Assembly (NCBI GenBank): GCA_963789955.1
Contig: CAWBMV010000012.1
Span: forward strand, 160,001 to 224,000
Source: an uncultured Candidatus Rokubacteria bacterium
GTDB taxonomy: Bacteria > Methylomirabilota > Methylomirabilia > Rokubacteriales > CSP1-6
DNA: 64,000 nucleotides
Reading direction: 5' to 3'
This document shows positions 19,929 through 30,510 of this stretch, one piece after another. Position numbers and translations under genes: made by a program. Positions within the stretch are counted from its first letter, which is position 1. Every line of letters begins with the position of its first letter. The notes under the pieces are model-generated. The model was not told where the DNA came from and did not search any database. It worked only from the letters and a program-made list of their open reading frames with translations.

Positions 19929-20675
19929 ATGGCGCAGCTCTACGACGCGATCGGAGTCGGCTACCAGGAGCGGCGCCGCCCCGATCCGCGTCTGGCCGCG
20001 GCCATCGCGCGCGCGCTGAATCACGCCGAGACCGTCGTGAACGTGGGAGCCGGCACCGGCTCCTACGAGCCGACGGATCGCTCGGTGGTCGCAGTCGAGC
20101 CGGCGATGACCATGATCCGCCAGCGGCGCGCCCACAGCGCGCCCGTCGTGCAGGCCTCCGCGACCGAGCTGCCGTTCCGCGACGACGGGTTCGCCGCGGC
20201 GCTGGCGATCCTCACGGTGCACCACTGGCCGGACCGAGCGCGGGGGCTCGACGAGCTCGCCCGCGTGGCGCGGCGCCGCGTCGTCGTCGTCACCTGGGAT
20301 CCGTCCGCGTCGGGCTTCTGGCTGGTCGACGACTACTTTCCCGAGATCGTCGACCTCGATCGCCGGATCTTTCCCACGGTCGAGGATTTCGGGCGCGCGT
20401 TCGGACGGGTGGACGTGCAGTCGTTCCCGATTCCGCACGACTGCATCGACGGGTTCATGGGCGCCTACTGGCGGCGGCCGCACGCGTATCTAGACGCGAG
20501 CGTGCGGGCCGCGATCTCGACGTTCGCGAAGGCCGAGCCGAGCCGGCTCGAGTCAGGTCTCGAGCGGCTTCGGCGCGATCTCGCCGACGGCACCTGGGAG
20601 CGCCGCCACGCGCATCTGCTCGAGCGCGCCGAGCTCGATCTCGGCTATCGGATCGTCATCGCCACGCGGCCCTGA
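19929..20675 (+). CDS. Class I SAM-dependent methyltransferase
   Basis: RRPDPR, VVNVGAGTGSYEP, LPFRDD, AYWRRP, LDLGYR. Confidence 0.88.
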   Translation: MAQLYDAIGVGYQERRRPDPRLAAAIARALNHAETVVNVGAGTGSYEPTDRSVVAVEPAMTMIRQRRAHSAPVVQASATELPFRDDGFAAALAILTVHHWPDRARGLDELARVARRRVVVVTWDPSASGFWLVDDYFPEIVDLDRRIFPTVEDFGRAFGRVDVQSFPIPHDCIDGFMGAYWRRPHAYLDASVRAAISTFAKAEPSRLESGLERLRRDLADGTWERRHAHLLERAELDLGYRIVIATRP

Positions 20676-20701
20676 CGGCGCTCACGGCCGTCCGGAGTAA
20701 G

Positions 20702-20735
20702 CTTCAGCAAACCTTCAGAATCCCCCCGATAGACT
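20702..20735 (+). promoter_or_regulatory. Putative OmpR-family response-regulator box (CTTCAG-N5-CTTCAG) with -10 TAGACT upstream of the RND operon
   Basis: Direct repeat at 20702-20707 and 20713-20718 (11-bp period); TAGACT at 20730-20735. Confidence 0.55.
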
Positions 20736-20797
20736 CCTTTCGCGCTACGCATCCCGGTCTCGATTCGATAGCTCGGCGTCGAAAGGAGTTTTCACGA

Positions 20798-22072
20798 GTG
20801 TTACGGTCGGTTCGCAGGGACCTCGCCGGGCTTTCCAGATATCGAGTCCTTTGCATGGCCTCGGTCGTCTGCGCTCCGCTCGTGAGCGGCGTCGCCTTTT
20901 CCCAGACACCGGCCACCGAGCTGACCATGGCCGACGCGGTACGTCTCGCGTCCCGTGACAATCCGACCTTGCGCGCCAAGCAGCTGGAGCTTCGGACCGC
21001 CAAGGCCAACGAGGTGACGGCCGGCCTCCGGCCGAACCCGACGGCCAGCTACGTCGCAGAACAATTGGGTGGAGGCGCGGCGGAGCAGCAGCAGACGGTC
21101 ACGCTGAGCCAGCCGTTCGAGCTCGGCGGCAAGCGCCAGCGTCGCCTCGATAGCGCGCGCGCCGCGACACGCGTCACGACCGAAGAGATCGGAGACCTCC
21201 AGCGCCAGACGACCCTTGAGGTGAAAAAGGCCTTCGTCGACGTGCTCGTGGCCCAATCGACCCTGGCTCTCGCCGAGGCGAATTTGCACACCGTGGACGA
21301 GATCGAACGCCTGCAGCGTCTCCGCGTCGAGAAAGGCGACATCTCTGCGCTCGAGCTGACCCGCATCCAGGTGCAACGGTATGCCTTCGAGCGGGACGCC
21401 ACCGACGCCCGGCAGGCGATCGCCGCCGCCAGGATCAAGCTGCGGACGCTCACCGGTGCCGACGCCGTCGGTGCCGAGTTCACGGTCGTCGGTGACCTCG
21501 CCTACCAGGACGTGCGTGTCGAGCGTGCCGAGCTCGTGCGCGCCGCGCTGGACGCGCGCCCTGATCTGCGCGCGGCGGAAGCGGGCCGCGACAAGGCGCG
21601 AGCCGACCAGGCCCTGGCGCGCGCGAACGCCTGGTGGGATGTGAGCCCGCAGGTGGAATATCAGCGCATCGGCCCTGACAACCGATTCGGCTTTGGATTC
21701 AGTGTTCCGATCCGCATCTTCGATCGTAACCAGGGGGAGATCACGCGTACCGGCGTCGAGATCGAGCGCGCCGATGCGCTACGCCAGGCGGCCGCCTTGC
21801 AGGTCATCAGCGATGTCGACACGGCGCTCTCGATCGTCGAAACCGAGCGAAGGAAGGTCGGCCTGTTGCAGGACTTCTATCTGGCGAAGGCCCGGAACGC
21901 GCGGGACACGATCGAGTTCGCCTACCGGCGCGGTGGCGTCGCGTTGCTGGAGTTCCTGGACGCCCAACGGACCTATCGGGAGACGGCGGTCGAGCACCTC
22001 CGGGCGTTGGGGAATTACTGGGGCGCCCTCTATCAGCTCGAGGCCGCCGTCGGCCGACCGCTGGAGAACTGA
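20798..22072 (+). CDS. czcC: TolC/CzcC-family outer membrane efflux protein
   Basis: RPNP, QPFELGGKRQRR, RPDLRA, IRIFDRNQGEI, AYRRG and LEFLDAQR motifs. Confidence 0.85.
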   Translation: MLRSVRRDLAGLSRYRVLCMASVVCAPLVSGVAFSQTPATELTMADAVRLASRDNPTLRAKQLELRTAKANEVTAGLRPNPTASYVAEQLGGGAAEQQQTVTLSQPFELGGKRQRRLDSARAATRVTTEEIGDLQRQTTLEVKKAFVDVLVAQSTLALAEANLHTVDEIERLQRLRVEKGDISALELTRIQVQRYAFERDATDARQAIAAARIKLRTLTGADAVGAEFTVVGDLAYQDVRVERAELVRAALDARPDLRAAEAGRDKARADQALARANAWWDVSPQVEYQRIGPDNRFGFGFSVPIRIFDRNQGEITRTGVEIERADALRQAAALQVISDVDTALSIVETERRKVGLLQDFYLAKARNARDTIEFAYRRGGVALLEFLDAQRTYRETAVEHLRALGNYWGALYQLEAAVGRPLEN

Positions 22073-22073
22073 G

Positions 22074-23279
22074 ATGCTCCGTGGTCGCGTCGAGTGTGTC
22101 GGCCTGGCCGTGTTGATTCTGGCGTGCGGTCTCGGGCTCGCCGGATGCGGTCGCGCGGAGGACGCCGGCCCGGCCGCCGCGCCGTCACCCCCTCGGCTCT
22201 CGTCCCCGACTGCATCCTCGGCGTCGATCGCTTCGGAGGTCCTCGTGCCGCCGGACTCGCCGCAGGCCGCGCAGCTCAAGATCGAGCCCATCCGGGTACG
22301 TGAGATCGCGGTCGATGAGGTCACCGCGCCGGGGCGCGTCGGGATCGATCCCAACCGGAGCGCTCGCTTGCTGCTCCCCGTCGCAGGACGGGTCGTCGTC
22401 GTCCTGGCGAAAGTGGGTGACGCCGTCGAGCAGGGGCAGCCGGTGCTGTCCGTCGACAGCCCGGACGCCGACGCCGCGATCGCCGGCGCCATCCAGACCG
22501 AGGCCGCCGAGCGCCAGGCCCAGGCGGCGTTGACCAAGTCCGACGCGGATCTCGCGCGGACGACAGAGCTCTTCGAGCACCAGGCGGTCGCCCAGAAGGA
22601 CATGCTGGCGGCGCAGAACGACCAGGCGCAAGCCCGGGCCGCGCTCGAGACGGCGCGTGCCGCACGGTACCAGGCCAGGCGCAAGCTGGAGCTCCTCGAC
22701 CTCAAGCCCTCGGGTGAGGGTCGACAGATCGTCCGGGTGCGAGCGCCGATCAGCGGCAAGGTGCTCGAGGTCAACGTGGCGCCCGGGGAGTATCGCAACG
22801 ACACCGAAACGCCGTTGATGACGATCGCCGACCTGAGCAGGGTGTGGGTATCCTCGGAAGTGCCGAAGGCGGCGATCCGGCTCATCCGGGTCGGAGAACG
22901 CGTGACGATCACGATGGTCGCGTACCCCGGCGAAGAGTTCGACGGGCGGGTGGCACGCATCGCGGACGTGCTCGACCCGCAGACGCGAACGGTGAAGGTG
23001 CACGTCGACATGGCGAACCCTCGAGGCCGCTTCCGGCCCGAGATGTACGCCACCATGCGCCACGCGGGCGCTTCGCGACAGACCCCGGTGATTCCGGTCG
23101 GCGGCGATCGTGCAGGAAGACGGCAGCGCCATCGTGTTTCTCGAGCGAGCACCCGGCCGCTTCGCGCGGCGTGAAGTCGCCGTGGGCCGAGCGCGGGTGA
23201 CGTGTTGCCCGTCCTCTCGGGGGTGCAGGCCGGCGACCGCATCGTGGTGGACGGCGGCGTGCTGCTGAAGGACCGCTGA
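22074..23279 (+). CDS. czcB: RND efflux periplasmic adaptor (CzcB/CusB-like), lipoprotein, frameshifts near the C-terminus
   Basis: LAGC lipobox, GDAVEQGQ, VRAPISGKV, IADLSRVWV, LDPQTRTVKV, RPEMY. Confidence 0.85.
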
Positions 23280-23288
23280 GCCGTTGCC

Positions 23289-26200
23289 GTGCTGAGTCGC
23301 CTGCTCGAGCTCGCGCTGGCTCGTCGGGTGCGTCGTGGTCGCGTCCGGGCTGATCGTCGTGGTCGCCGGCGTCTGGGCGTTCCGCCAGCTGAAGCTCGAG
23401 GCCTACCCGGACATCTCGGATACGGGCGTCGTCGTGATCACGCCGTATCCGGGATTCGCCGCCGAGGAGGTGGAGCAGCAGGTCACGGTGCCGATCGAGC
23501 GCGCGCTCAACAACACGCCGAACGTGATCGCGCGGCGATCGCGCACGATCTTCGGCCTCTCGGTCGTCGAGTTGACCTTCGCGGACGGCACCGACGATTA
23601 CTTCGCCCGCCAGGTGGTGCTCGAGCATCTTCGCGACGCCGAGCTTCCCGATGGCGTCACGCCGACGCTCGGGCCGCTGTCCACGGGCATCGGCGAGTTG
23701 TATCGCTACATCCTGGACGGCACCGGCTACGATGCCATGCAGCTGCGGGAGATCCAGGACTGGGTCATCACCCCGCGGCTGCTTCAGGTCCCGGGCGTCG
23801 CCGATGTCGTCGACCTTCGGCGGACTGGTCAGGCAGTACCAGATCGAGATCGATCCTCGAGCGCTCGACAAGTATCAAGCCTGAGCGTCGCGCCAGATCG
23901 CCGACGCCGTGAAGAGCAACAATCGCAACGCCGGGGCGCGCTGCTCGACAGTGGGCCAGCAGTCGCTTGCCGATCCGCGGCGTCGGCCTGATCCGATCGA
24001 TCGAGCGACATCGAGCAACATCGTGCTCGACGCGCCCAAGGGCGTGCCGATCTTCGTCCGCGACATCGGCGCGAGTCAAGATCGGCGCCGCTGCCGCAGA
24101 CCGGAATCTTCGGCGTCGACGATCAGACCGACCGGGGTCGGCGGCGTCGAGGGCATCGTCCTGATGCGGCGCTGGGAGAACCCGAGCGAGGTGCTGGAAG
24201 CGCGTTCACGACGCCGTCGACGAGCTCAACGCGACCCGGCTGCCGCCGGGCGTCCGCATCGTGCCGATCTACGACCGTACGGACCTGGTGCACAACACGC
24301 TGCACACGGTGTCGCGGGCGCTGCTCGAAGGCTTCGTGATCGTGGTGACGGTGCTGCTGCTGTTCCTGGTCAGCGTGCGCGCGGCGCTGCTCACGGCTCT
24401 GATCATCCCGCTGTCGCTGCTGTTCGCCTTCGTCTGCATGCATGCGACCGGCGTATCGCTGAACCTGCTGAGCCTCGGCGCGCTCGACTTCGGCATCATC
24501 GTGGACGGCACGATCGTGATGGTCGAGCGCATCATGCATGCACTCGCTCGGCGCCGAGCGGGCGAGGGCTCCAGCGGCGAGTCTCGATCGAGACGATCCG
24601 CGACGCGGCGCTCGCGAAGTCCAGCGCCCGATCTTCTTCTCGCTGCTGATCATCATCGCGGCGTACATCCCGCTGTTCACCCTGGAGCGCGTCGAGCGGC
24701 GCCTGTTCACGCCGATGGCGTATGACGGTGTGCTTCGCGCTGCTGGGCTCGCTGCTCCTGACGCTGACGCTGGTCCCTGCGCGTCGCGACTATTCTTCCG
24801 CACGGGGCAAGCACCGGCAGAACCCGCGCTGCGTCATGGATTGGCTCAACGCGCGCTACGCCGCGGTTCGTGGCGCAGACGGTCCGCCACGCCCGGATCA
24901 CCGTGGCGGTGGTCGTCGCCCTGGTCGTCGGCGCGCTGTCGGGCTCGGAACGCGCCTGGGCACGGAGTTCCTGCCGCAGCTCGACGAAGGCGTCATCTGG
25001 ATCCGCGCGAATCTGCCGCCCGGAATCTCGCTGGCGAAATCCGCCGCGGTCGCGGCGACCGATGCGTCGCGCTGATCCGCCAGTCGCCGGAAGTGACAGA
25101 TGGTCATGTCGCAGACGGGCCGCAACGATTCCGGCACCGATCCGTTCGGACCCAATCGCAACGAGTTCCTCGTCGAGCTCAAGCCCTACGACACGTGGCC
25201 TCGCGGCAAGACGAAGGCGGACCTGGTCGACGAGCTGTCGCGCCGCTTGCAGGCGGAGATCCCGGGCGCCACGTTCAACTTCACGCAGCCCATCATCGAC
25301 ACGTCGACGGAGATCGCCACCGGCTCCTCGGCCGACCTGGCCGTCATCATCAGCGGCCCCGACCTCCGTCAGCTGCGCGGCGCTTGCCACCGAAGCGCTC
25401 GACGGTGCTTGCGGCCGATCCGCGGCGCGGCCGACACGTCGATCGAGCAGGAGGCCGACCAGGCGCAGCTCCGCATCGCGGTGAACCGCTGCAAGGTCGC
25501 GCGCTATGGCATCAACGTCAGCGACGTGCAGGATGTCATCGACCTGGCGCTCGGCGGGAGCCCCATCACCGAGTCTTCGAGGGCGAGCGGCGCTTCGATC
25601 GTGGTCGCGCGATTCGCTCCTGAGGCGCGCGCCGACGCGTCATCGATCGGGGCGCTCTTGATTCCCACGCGCGATGGCGGGCGCGTGCCGCTCGCGCAGC
25701 TCGCCGACATCACGGTCGCCGACGGCGCCACGATCATCGCCCGCCGGGAGAACGAGCGGCAGATCACGGTCCGCACCAACATCCGGGGCCGCGATCAGGG
25801 CGGCTTCGTCGCGCGAGGCGCAGGCCAGGTTCGCGGAGACGGTGAAGCTGCCCGCCGGGCTATCGCGTGAGCTGGGGCGGGCAGTTCGAGAACCTGGAGC
25901 GGGCGCGGCAGCGGCTGGCGGTCATCATTCCCATCACGATCGGCATCATCTTCGTGCTGCTGTTCGTCACGTTCGGGTCCGCGTTCGACGCCACGCTGGT
26001 GCTGCTGAACGTGCCGTTCTCACTGGTCGGAGGCCTGGTCGGCCTCTACCTGCGCGACATCAATCTCAGCGTGTCGGCCGCGGTCGGCTTCATTTCGCTG
26101 TTCGGCGTCGCCGTCATGAGCGGCGTGCTCTACATCTCCGAGATCAACCGCCGCCGCCTCGAGCTGGACGTCTCGCTCACCGACGCAGTCGTCGACGGCG

Positions 26201-26406
26201 CCCGCACGCAATTCAGGCCGATCCTGATGCTGATCCTCGTCGCGATGCTCGGCATGATTCCGGCGGCGCTCGCCCGCGGCATCGGCTCCGACATCCAGCG
26301 CCCGCTGGCCACCGTGGTGGTGGGCGGGCTACTCTCGACCCTGTTCCTCACGCTCGTCGCGCTGCCGGCGATCTACCGACTCACCGACAGGCTCCGCAGA
26401 GCTTGA
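23289..26406 (+). CDS. czcA: CusA/CzcA-family heavy-metal RND permease, many frameshifts
   Basis: LKLEAYPDISD, EEVEQQVTVPIE, YDRTDLV, SLGALDFGIIVDG, FLPQLDEG, GFISLFGVAV, RPILM and GSDIQRPLATVVVGGL across frames. Confidence 0.88.
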
Positions 26407-26422
26407 GGGTCGCGCCGGCCGG

Positions 26423-27835
26423 TCAGGACGAGACAGGAAATCGCACGCGGAACGTCGCGCCGCGGCCGCCGGCGCTCTCGACGGAGAGCTGGCCGCCGTG
26501 GTTTTCGACGACAGTCCGAGAGATCGCCAGCCCCAGCCCGAATCCGCGTGTGTCCTTGGCTCGAGCCGCGCGCCCGCGATAGAAGCGCTCGAACACGTGG
26601 GGAAGCTCGTCGGCCGGGATGCCAGGGCCTGCGTCGGACACGGCGACCACGACCTCCGCGCCTTCGGCCGCGGCGTCGACGATGACCTGGCCGCCTGGCG
26701 CCGAGAACTTCACGGCGTTGTCGAGCACGTTGGCGAAGACCAGGTCGGCCAGGCCCTCCGCGCATCGAATGGACAGCGAGAGCGCCGGCGACGGATGCAC
26801 GGCGATCGTGACGCGCCGCCGCTCGGCCTCCGCGGCGAGCCGCCGGACGACGCCGTCGAGCAGAGGGCCGAGCGGGACGATGCCCGAGGCGGCGACCCGA
26901 CCCTGCTCGGCGTCCAGCCGGGCCAGGGTCAACAGCTCTCTCGTCAGGATCGACAGTCGTTCGACCTTGTCGAGGCAGGAGCGCAAGGTGTCCTCGTACT
27001 CGGCGGTATCGCGGTGGCGCCGCAGCGTCACCTCGATCTCGGTCCGCAGGCGCGAGAGCGGCGACTGGAGCTCGTGCGCCGCATCGGCCGTGAAGCGCCG
27101 CTGGATCTCGAAGCTTTCCTCGATCCGGCCGAGCATCTCGTTGAGGGTGTCGACGAGCCGCCCGATCTCGTCCTGCTGTCCCGGACGAGGAAGCCGCTCT
27201 GCGAGGCTTCCTTCCCCGATCTCGCGGGCCCGGCTGACGATGCGGTCGATCGGGCGAAGGGCACGTCGAGTCAGCAGCACCCCGATCAAACCGACCCCGA
27301 CCAGGATGCAGACGGCCATCGCCGTGAACAGGAGCCGCGCCGAATGAAGGACGGCGTACGCGTCGTCGAGCGACATGGCGACCTGCACGGCATAGTGGCC
27401 ACCAGGCGCGCGGACGGGCAGGGACACCATCCGGACGGGCTCTTCGCCGAAGTCGTCGATCGTCTCGAACACCGGCGCGCCGTCCTGGAGCCGGGCCAGC
27501 AGGTCCGGCTTCGTGGGCAGGCGCGCGTTCCCCAGGGTCACGCTGCGCGCGAGCACCTCGCCGTCCATGCGCACGATCTGGACAAACTTGTCGAGCCGCA
27601 CGAAGGAGGGCGCCGCCGTCCCGGGGGCCATCTCGTGAACGCGCGGGGCCAGGCTGGGCGCCTGGAGTAGCGCTGCCGCTTCGGCCTCGGCCAGGGCCAG
27701 GATCGCGTCGTCGATGGTCTGACTCAGCACGGCGCGCGACAGCGCCCAGTGGGCCGCCAGAGCGGTTCCGGCGAGGACGAGCATCACGGCGGCCAGATGC
27801 CCGAGTGTCAGTCGTGCCTTGAAGCTGAGCGTCAT
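26423..27835 (-). CDS. Sensor histidine kinase (HAMP, HisKA, HATPase), CusS/CzcS-like
   Basis: Two TM segments; DEIGRL HAMP; FTADAAHELQSPL H-box; NVLDNAVKFS, DAGPGI, FERFYR, GFGLGL. Confidence 0.93.
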   Translation of the reverse strand: MTLSFKARLTLGHLAAVMLVLAGTALAAHWALSRAVLSQTIDDAILALAEAEAAALLQAPSLAPRVHEMAPGTAAPSFVRLDKFVQIVRMDGEVLARSVTLGNARLPTKPDLLARLQDGAPVFETIDDFGEEPVRMVSLPVRAPGGHYAVQVAMSLDDAYAVLHSARLLFTAMAVCILVGVGLIGVLLTRRALRPIDRIVSRAREIGEGSLAERLPRPGQQDEIGRLVDTLNEMLGRIEESFEIQRRFTADAAHELQSPLSRLRTEIEVTLRRHRDTAEYEDTLRSCLDKVERLSILTRELLTLARLDAEQGRVAASGIVPLGPLLDGVVRRLAAEAERRRVTIAVHPSPALSLSIRCAEGLADLVFANVLDNAVKFSAPGGQVIVDAAAEGAEVVVAVSDAGPGIPADELPHVFERFYRGRAARAKDTRGFGLGLAISRTVVENHGGQLSVESAGGRGATFRVRFPVSS

Positions 27836-28512
27836 CAGCGGGGCGGTGGTCCCAGCCGATAGCCACGTCCTCGCACGGTGTGGATGAGCGGCGTCACGGC
27901 GCCGTGGTCGACCTTCCTTCGCAAGTGGCTCACGTGGACGTCGACCAGATTCATCAGGGAGTCGCGCTCGTCCTCCCATACGTGCTCGCCGAGGTAGATG
28001 CGGCTCACGACTTCACCGGCGTGACGCATCAACGTCTCGAGGATCGCGTACTCCTTGGGCGTGAGGCTGAGCGGGACGCCGCCGCGCACGACTTGATGGC
28101 TGCGAGGATCGAGCGTCAGGTCCTCGACCGTCAGGAGGACGGGGCGGGTGAGCTCGGAGCGTCGGAGCAGGGCGTGGAGGCGTGCGAGCAGCTCGGCAAA
28201 GGCAAAGGGCTTGGTGAGATAGTCGTCGGCGCCGGCATTCAGACCGATCACGCGGTCCTCGATACCGTCGCGGGCCGTCAGGATCAGGATCGGAGCGTGG
28301 AGGCCGTTCTCGCGCAGGCTGCGGCAGATCGCGACACCGTCTCGATCGGGAAGCATCCAGTCGAGCACGATGGCGTCGTAGGTATTCACACTCGCCATCT
28401 CGTCGCCGGCCTCGCCCGAGGGGGCGATGTCGACCACCCACCCTTCCTCGCGCAGACCTTTGGCGAGCAGCCGGGCCGCTTCCTGGTCGTCCTCGATCAG
28501 GAGAACGCGCAT
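27835..28512 (-). CDS. OmpR-family response regulator, CusR/CzcR-like
   Basis: VLLIEDD, LDWMLP, LTARD, GADDYLTKPF, LTPKEY, IHTVRGRGY. Confidence 0.95.
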   Translation of the reverse strand: MRVLLIEDDQEAARLLAKGLREEGWVVDIAPSGEAGDEMASVNTYDAIVLDWMLPDRDGVAICRSLRENGLHAPILILTARDGIEDRVIGLNAGADDYLTKPFAFAELLARLHALLRRSELTRPVLLTVEDLTLDPRSHQVVRGGVPLSLTPKEYAILETLMRHAGEVVSRIYLGEHVWEDERDSLMNLVDVHVSHLRRKVDHGAVTPLIHTVRGRGYRLGPPPR

Positions 28513-28575
28513 CAGAACAAGATCTCGCCCGATGTCGGTGACCGACCCGGCGATTTCCAGCCGCGCCGACGTGCT

Positions 28576-29637
28576 TCAGGCGCAGGCGACCGCGTAGACG
28601 TCCTTCACCGCCTCCGGCAGGCGCCATTCCTTCCAGCTCTTGCCGCCGTCGCGCGTGCCGAAGATCTGGCCCTGCCGCGCCACGCTGTAGATCTGGTTGG
28701 GGTCGCGAGGATGCAGCGCCAGCGCCATCATCGTGCTCTCGGCCTTGATGCCGTGATCGATGCGGCGCCAGCTCTGTCCGAGATCGTCGCTCTGATAGAG
28801 CGAGCCGTCCGTGCTGCGCGCCGCGGGACTCAGCGCGGCCACCAGGGTTCTCGCGTTGTGCGGCGAGACCTGCACGTCGCGCGCGTAGGTCAGCGGCGAG
28901 AAGCGGCCGATCTCCATGTCCTGCCACGTCGTGCCGCGGTCCGCGCTGCGGAAGAGACCCATGCGCACGGCGAGGAACACGGTGCCCGGCTGCGCGCTCG
29001 ACACCGTCAGCGCGTGCGTGTCGAGCATGCCCTCGTTCTCGGTGTCGCTCGCGATACGGCTCTTGAGGTGCGGCCGCGCGGCGAGCTTCACGAGGTCGTC
29101 GCCCACGTCTTCCCACGTCTCGCCGCGGTCACGGCTGCGCAGGACGCCATCGACCTCGAGCCCCGCGTAGATCTCGTCCGGGCTCGACGGGTCGATCGCC
29201 AGGCGCGTGACGCGACACGGGAAGTTCATCTTCACGCGGCCCGGCGAGGCCACGCGCGGGAGCTTGCGCCAGCTGTCGCCGCCGTTGTCGCTCCGGTAGA
29301 CCGCCACCGGCGAGGTGCCGAGATACATCGTCCGGGGATCGCGCGGGTGAATCAGGATGGACCACACCTCGAGCCCCTGGTCGGGGAAGGGGAGCTTCTC
29401 CCAGCTCTCGCCGCCGTCGCGGCTCCGGTAGGGGCCGTCCTGGGAGCCGGCGAAGATCAGGCTCGAATCAGCCGGATGGACGGTGATCGCCTGGGTGTCC
29501 ATGCGCTCCGGGAGCCCCTTGGTGAGCCGTTCCCACTGATCGCTGCCCACGGTTTGCCGGAAAATCCCCGAGAGGGCTCCCGGAATGCGCGCCGCGGTGC
29601 CGACGTAAACGTGCGAGGTTCCTGACGGGTTCGCCAT
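28576..29637 (-). CDS. BNR/Asp-box repeat beta-propeller protein, no signal peptide
   Basis: Six SxDxGxxW-type repeats (RSRDGGESW, RSDNGGDSW, RSRDRGETW, RSADRGTTW, QSDDLGQSW, TRDGGKSW); RBS GGAGG. Confidence 0.85.
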   Translation of the reverse strand: MANPSGTSHVYVGTAARIPGALSGIFRQTVGSDQWERLTKGLPERMDTQAITVHPADSSLIFAGSQDGPYRSRDGGESWEKLPFPDQGLEVWSILIHPRDPRTMYLGTSPVAVYRSDNGGDSWRKLPRVASPGRVKMNFPCRVTRLAIDPSSPDEIYAGLEVDGVLRSRDRGETWEDVGDDLVKLAARPHLKSRIASDTENEGMLDTHALTVSSAQPGTVFLAVRMGLFRSADRGTTWQDMEIGRFSPLTYARDVQVSPHNARTLVAALSPAARSTDGSLYQSDDLGQSWRRIDHGIKAESTMMALALHPRDPNQIYSVARQGQIFGTRDGGKSWKEWRLPEAVKDVYAVACA

Positions 29638-29794
29638 CGCCGACCTCCAGGTGGATAGGCAGTTCGTGGCCCAGACTGTACCACTCGCGCGGCGAGCAGG
29701 GAAAACCAGTTGACGGGGCCTACGCTCCGGGCTTAATGAAGGCCCTACCCGCGCTGTGCGGGAGCCAACTCTCACCCGTCGAAAGGAGTCGCAC

Positions 29795-30412
29795 GTGATT
29801 TACGAGATCCGCACCTACCAGATCGCTCCAGGCAGCCTCGCCGAGGTCGAGAAGCGTTTCGGCGACGCCTACGAGTACCGCAAGAAATACTCCGAGCTCA
29901 CGGCGTTCCTGCACACCGAGGTCGGACCGCTCAACGAGATCGTCCACATCTGGGGGTACAAGGATCTCGCCGATCGCGCGCGCGTTCGCGGCGAGGCCTC
30001 GAAGGAGGCGAACTGGCCGCCGAAGATCCAGGAGTTCATTCGTCAGATGCGCTCCGAGATCGTCGTGCCGTTCTCGTTCATTCCCGAGCCGCGTCCCGGA
30101 AAGCTGGGCCCGGTGTACGAGCTTCGCTACTACACCCTGAAGCCCGGCACTCTGCCCGACACGGCGAAGGGCTGGGAGTCGAAGATCGGCGAGCGCTCGA
30201 AGCTCTCCCCGATCGTGTTCGCCGGCGGCGTGGAATTCGGCCGCGCGAACGGGTTCGTGCACATCTGGGCGTACTCGAGCATGGATAACCGGATGCAGGT
30301 GCGCGACGAGGCCAGGAAGAAGGGCGTGTGGCCGCCGCCGGGTGGTGGCGACCGGCTCCTCACGCAGGAAAACAAGATCCTCCTGCCGTCCGCTTTCTCG
30401 CCGCTGCAGTAG
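29795..30412 (+). CDS. NIPSNAP family protein with two tandem domains
   Basis: IYEIRTY...HIWGY and VYELRYY...HIWAY; RBS AAGGAG before GTG. Confidence 0.9.
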   Translation: MIYEIRTYQIAPGSLAEVEKRFGDAYEYRKKYSELTAFLHTEVGPLNEIVHIWGYKDLADRARVRGEASKEANWPPKIQEFIRQMRSEIVVPFSFIPEPRPGKLGPVYELRYYTLKPGTLPDTAKGWESKIGERSKLSPIVFAGGVEFGRANGFVHIWAYSSMDNRMQVRDEARKKGVWPPPGGGDRLLTQENKILLPSAFSPLQ

Positions 30413-30422
30413 AGAAGACTTC

Positions 30423-30483
30423 AGCGCGGAGCGCTCGCCGCGAGGGTGCCCACGGCTCTCGCGGCGAACCGCTCGACCGCGCT
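30423..30483. repeat. Long GC-rich intergenic hairpin
   Basis: Inner arms TCGCCGCGAG/CTCGCGGCGA are a perfect 10 bp; outer arms AGCGCGG/CCGCGCT. Confidence 0.6.
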
Positions 30484-30510
30484 CCCGCACTTGCCAGGTA
30501 AGGAGCTCGC

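Noticed and set aside
23289..26406. Programmed frameshifting or phase variation in czcA and other broken genes
   Set aside because: The indels are numerous, not tied to slippery or simple-repeat sites, and shared by all genes in the same blocks, so error is the simpler explanation.
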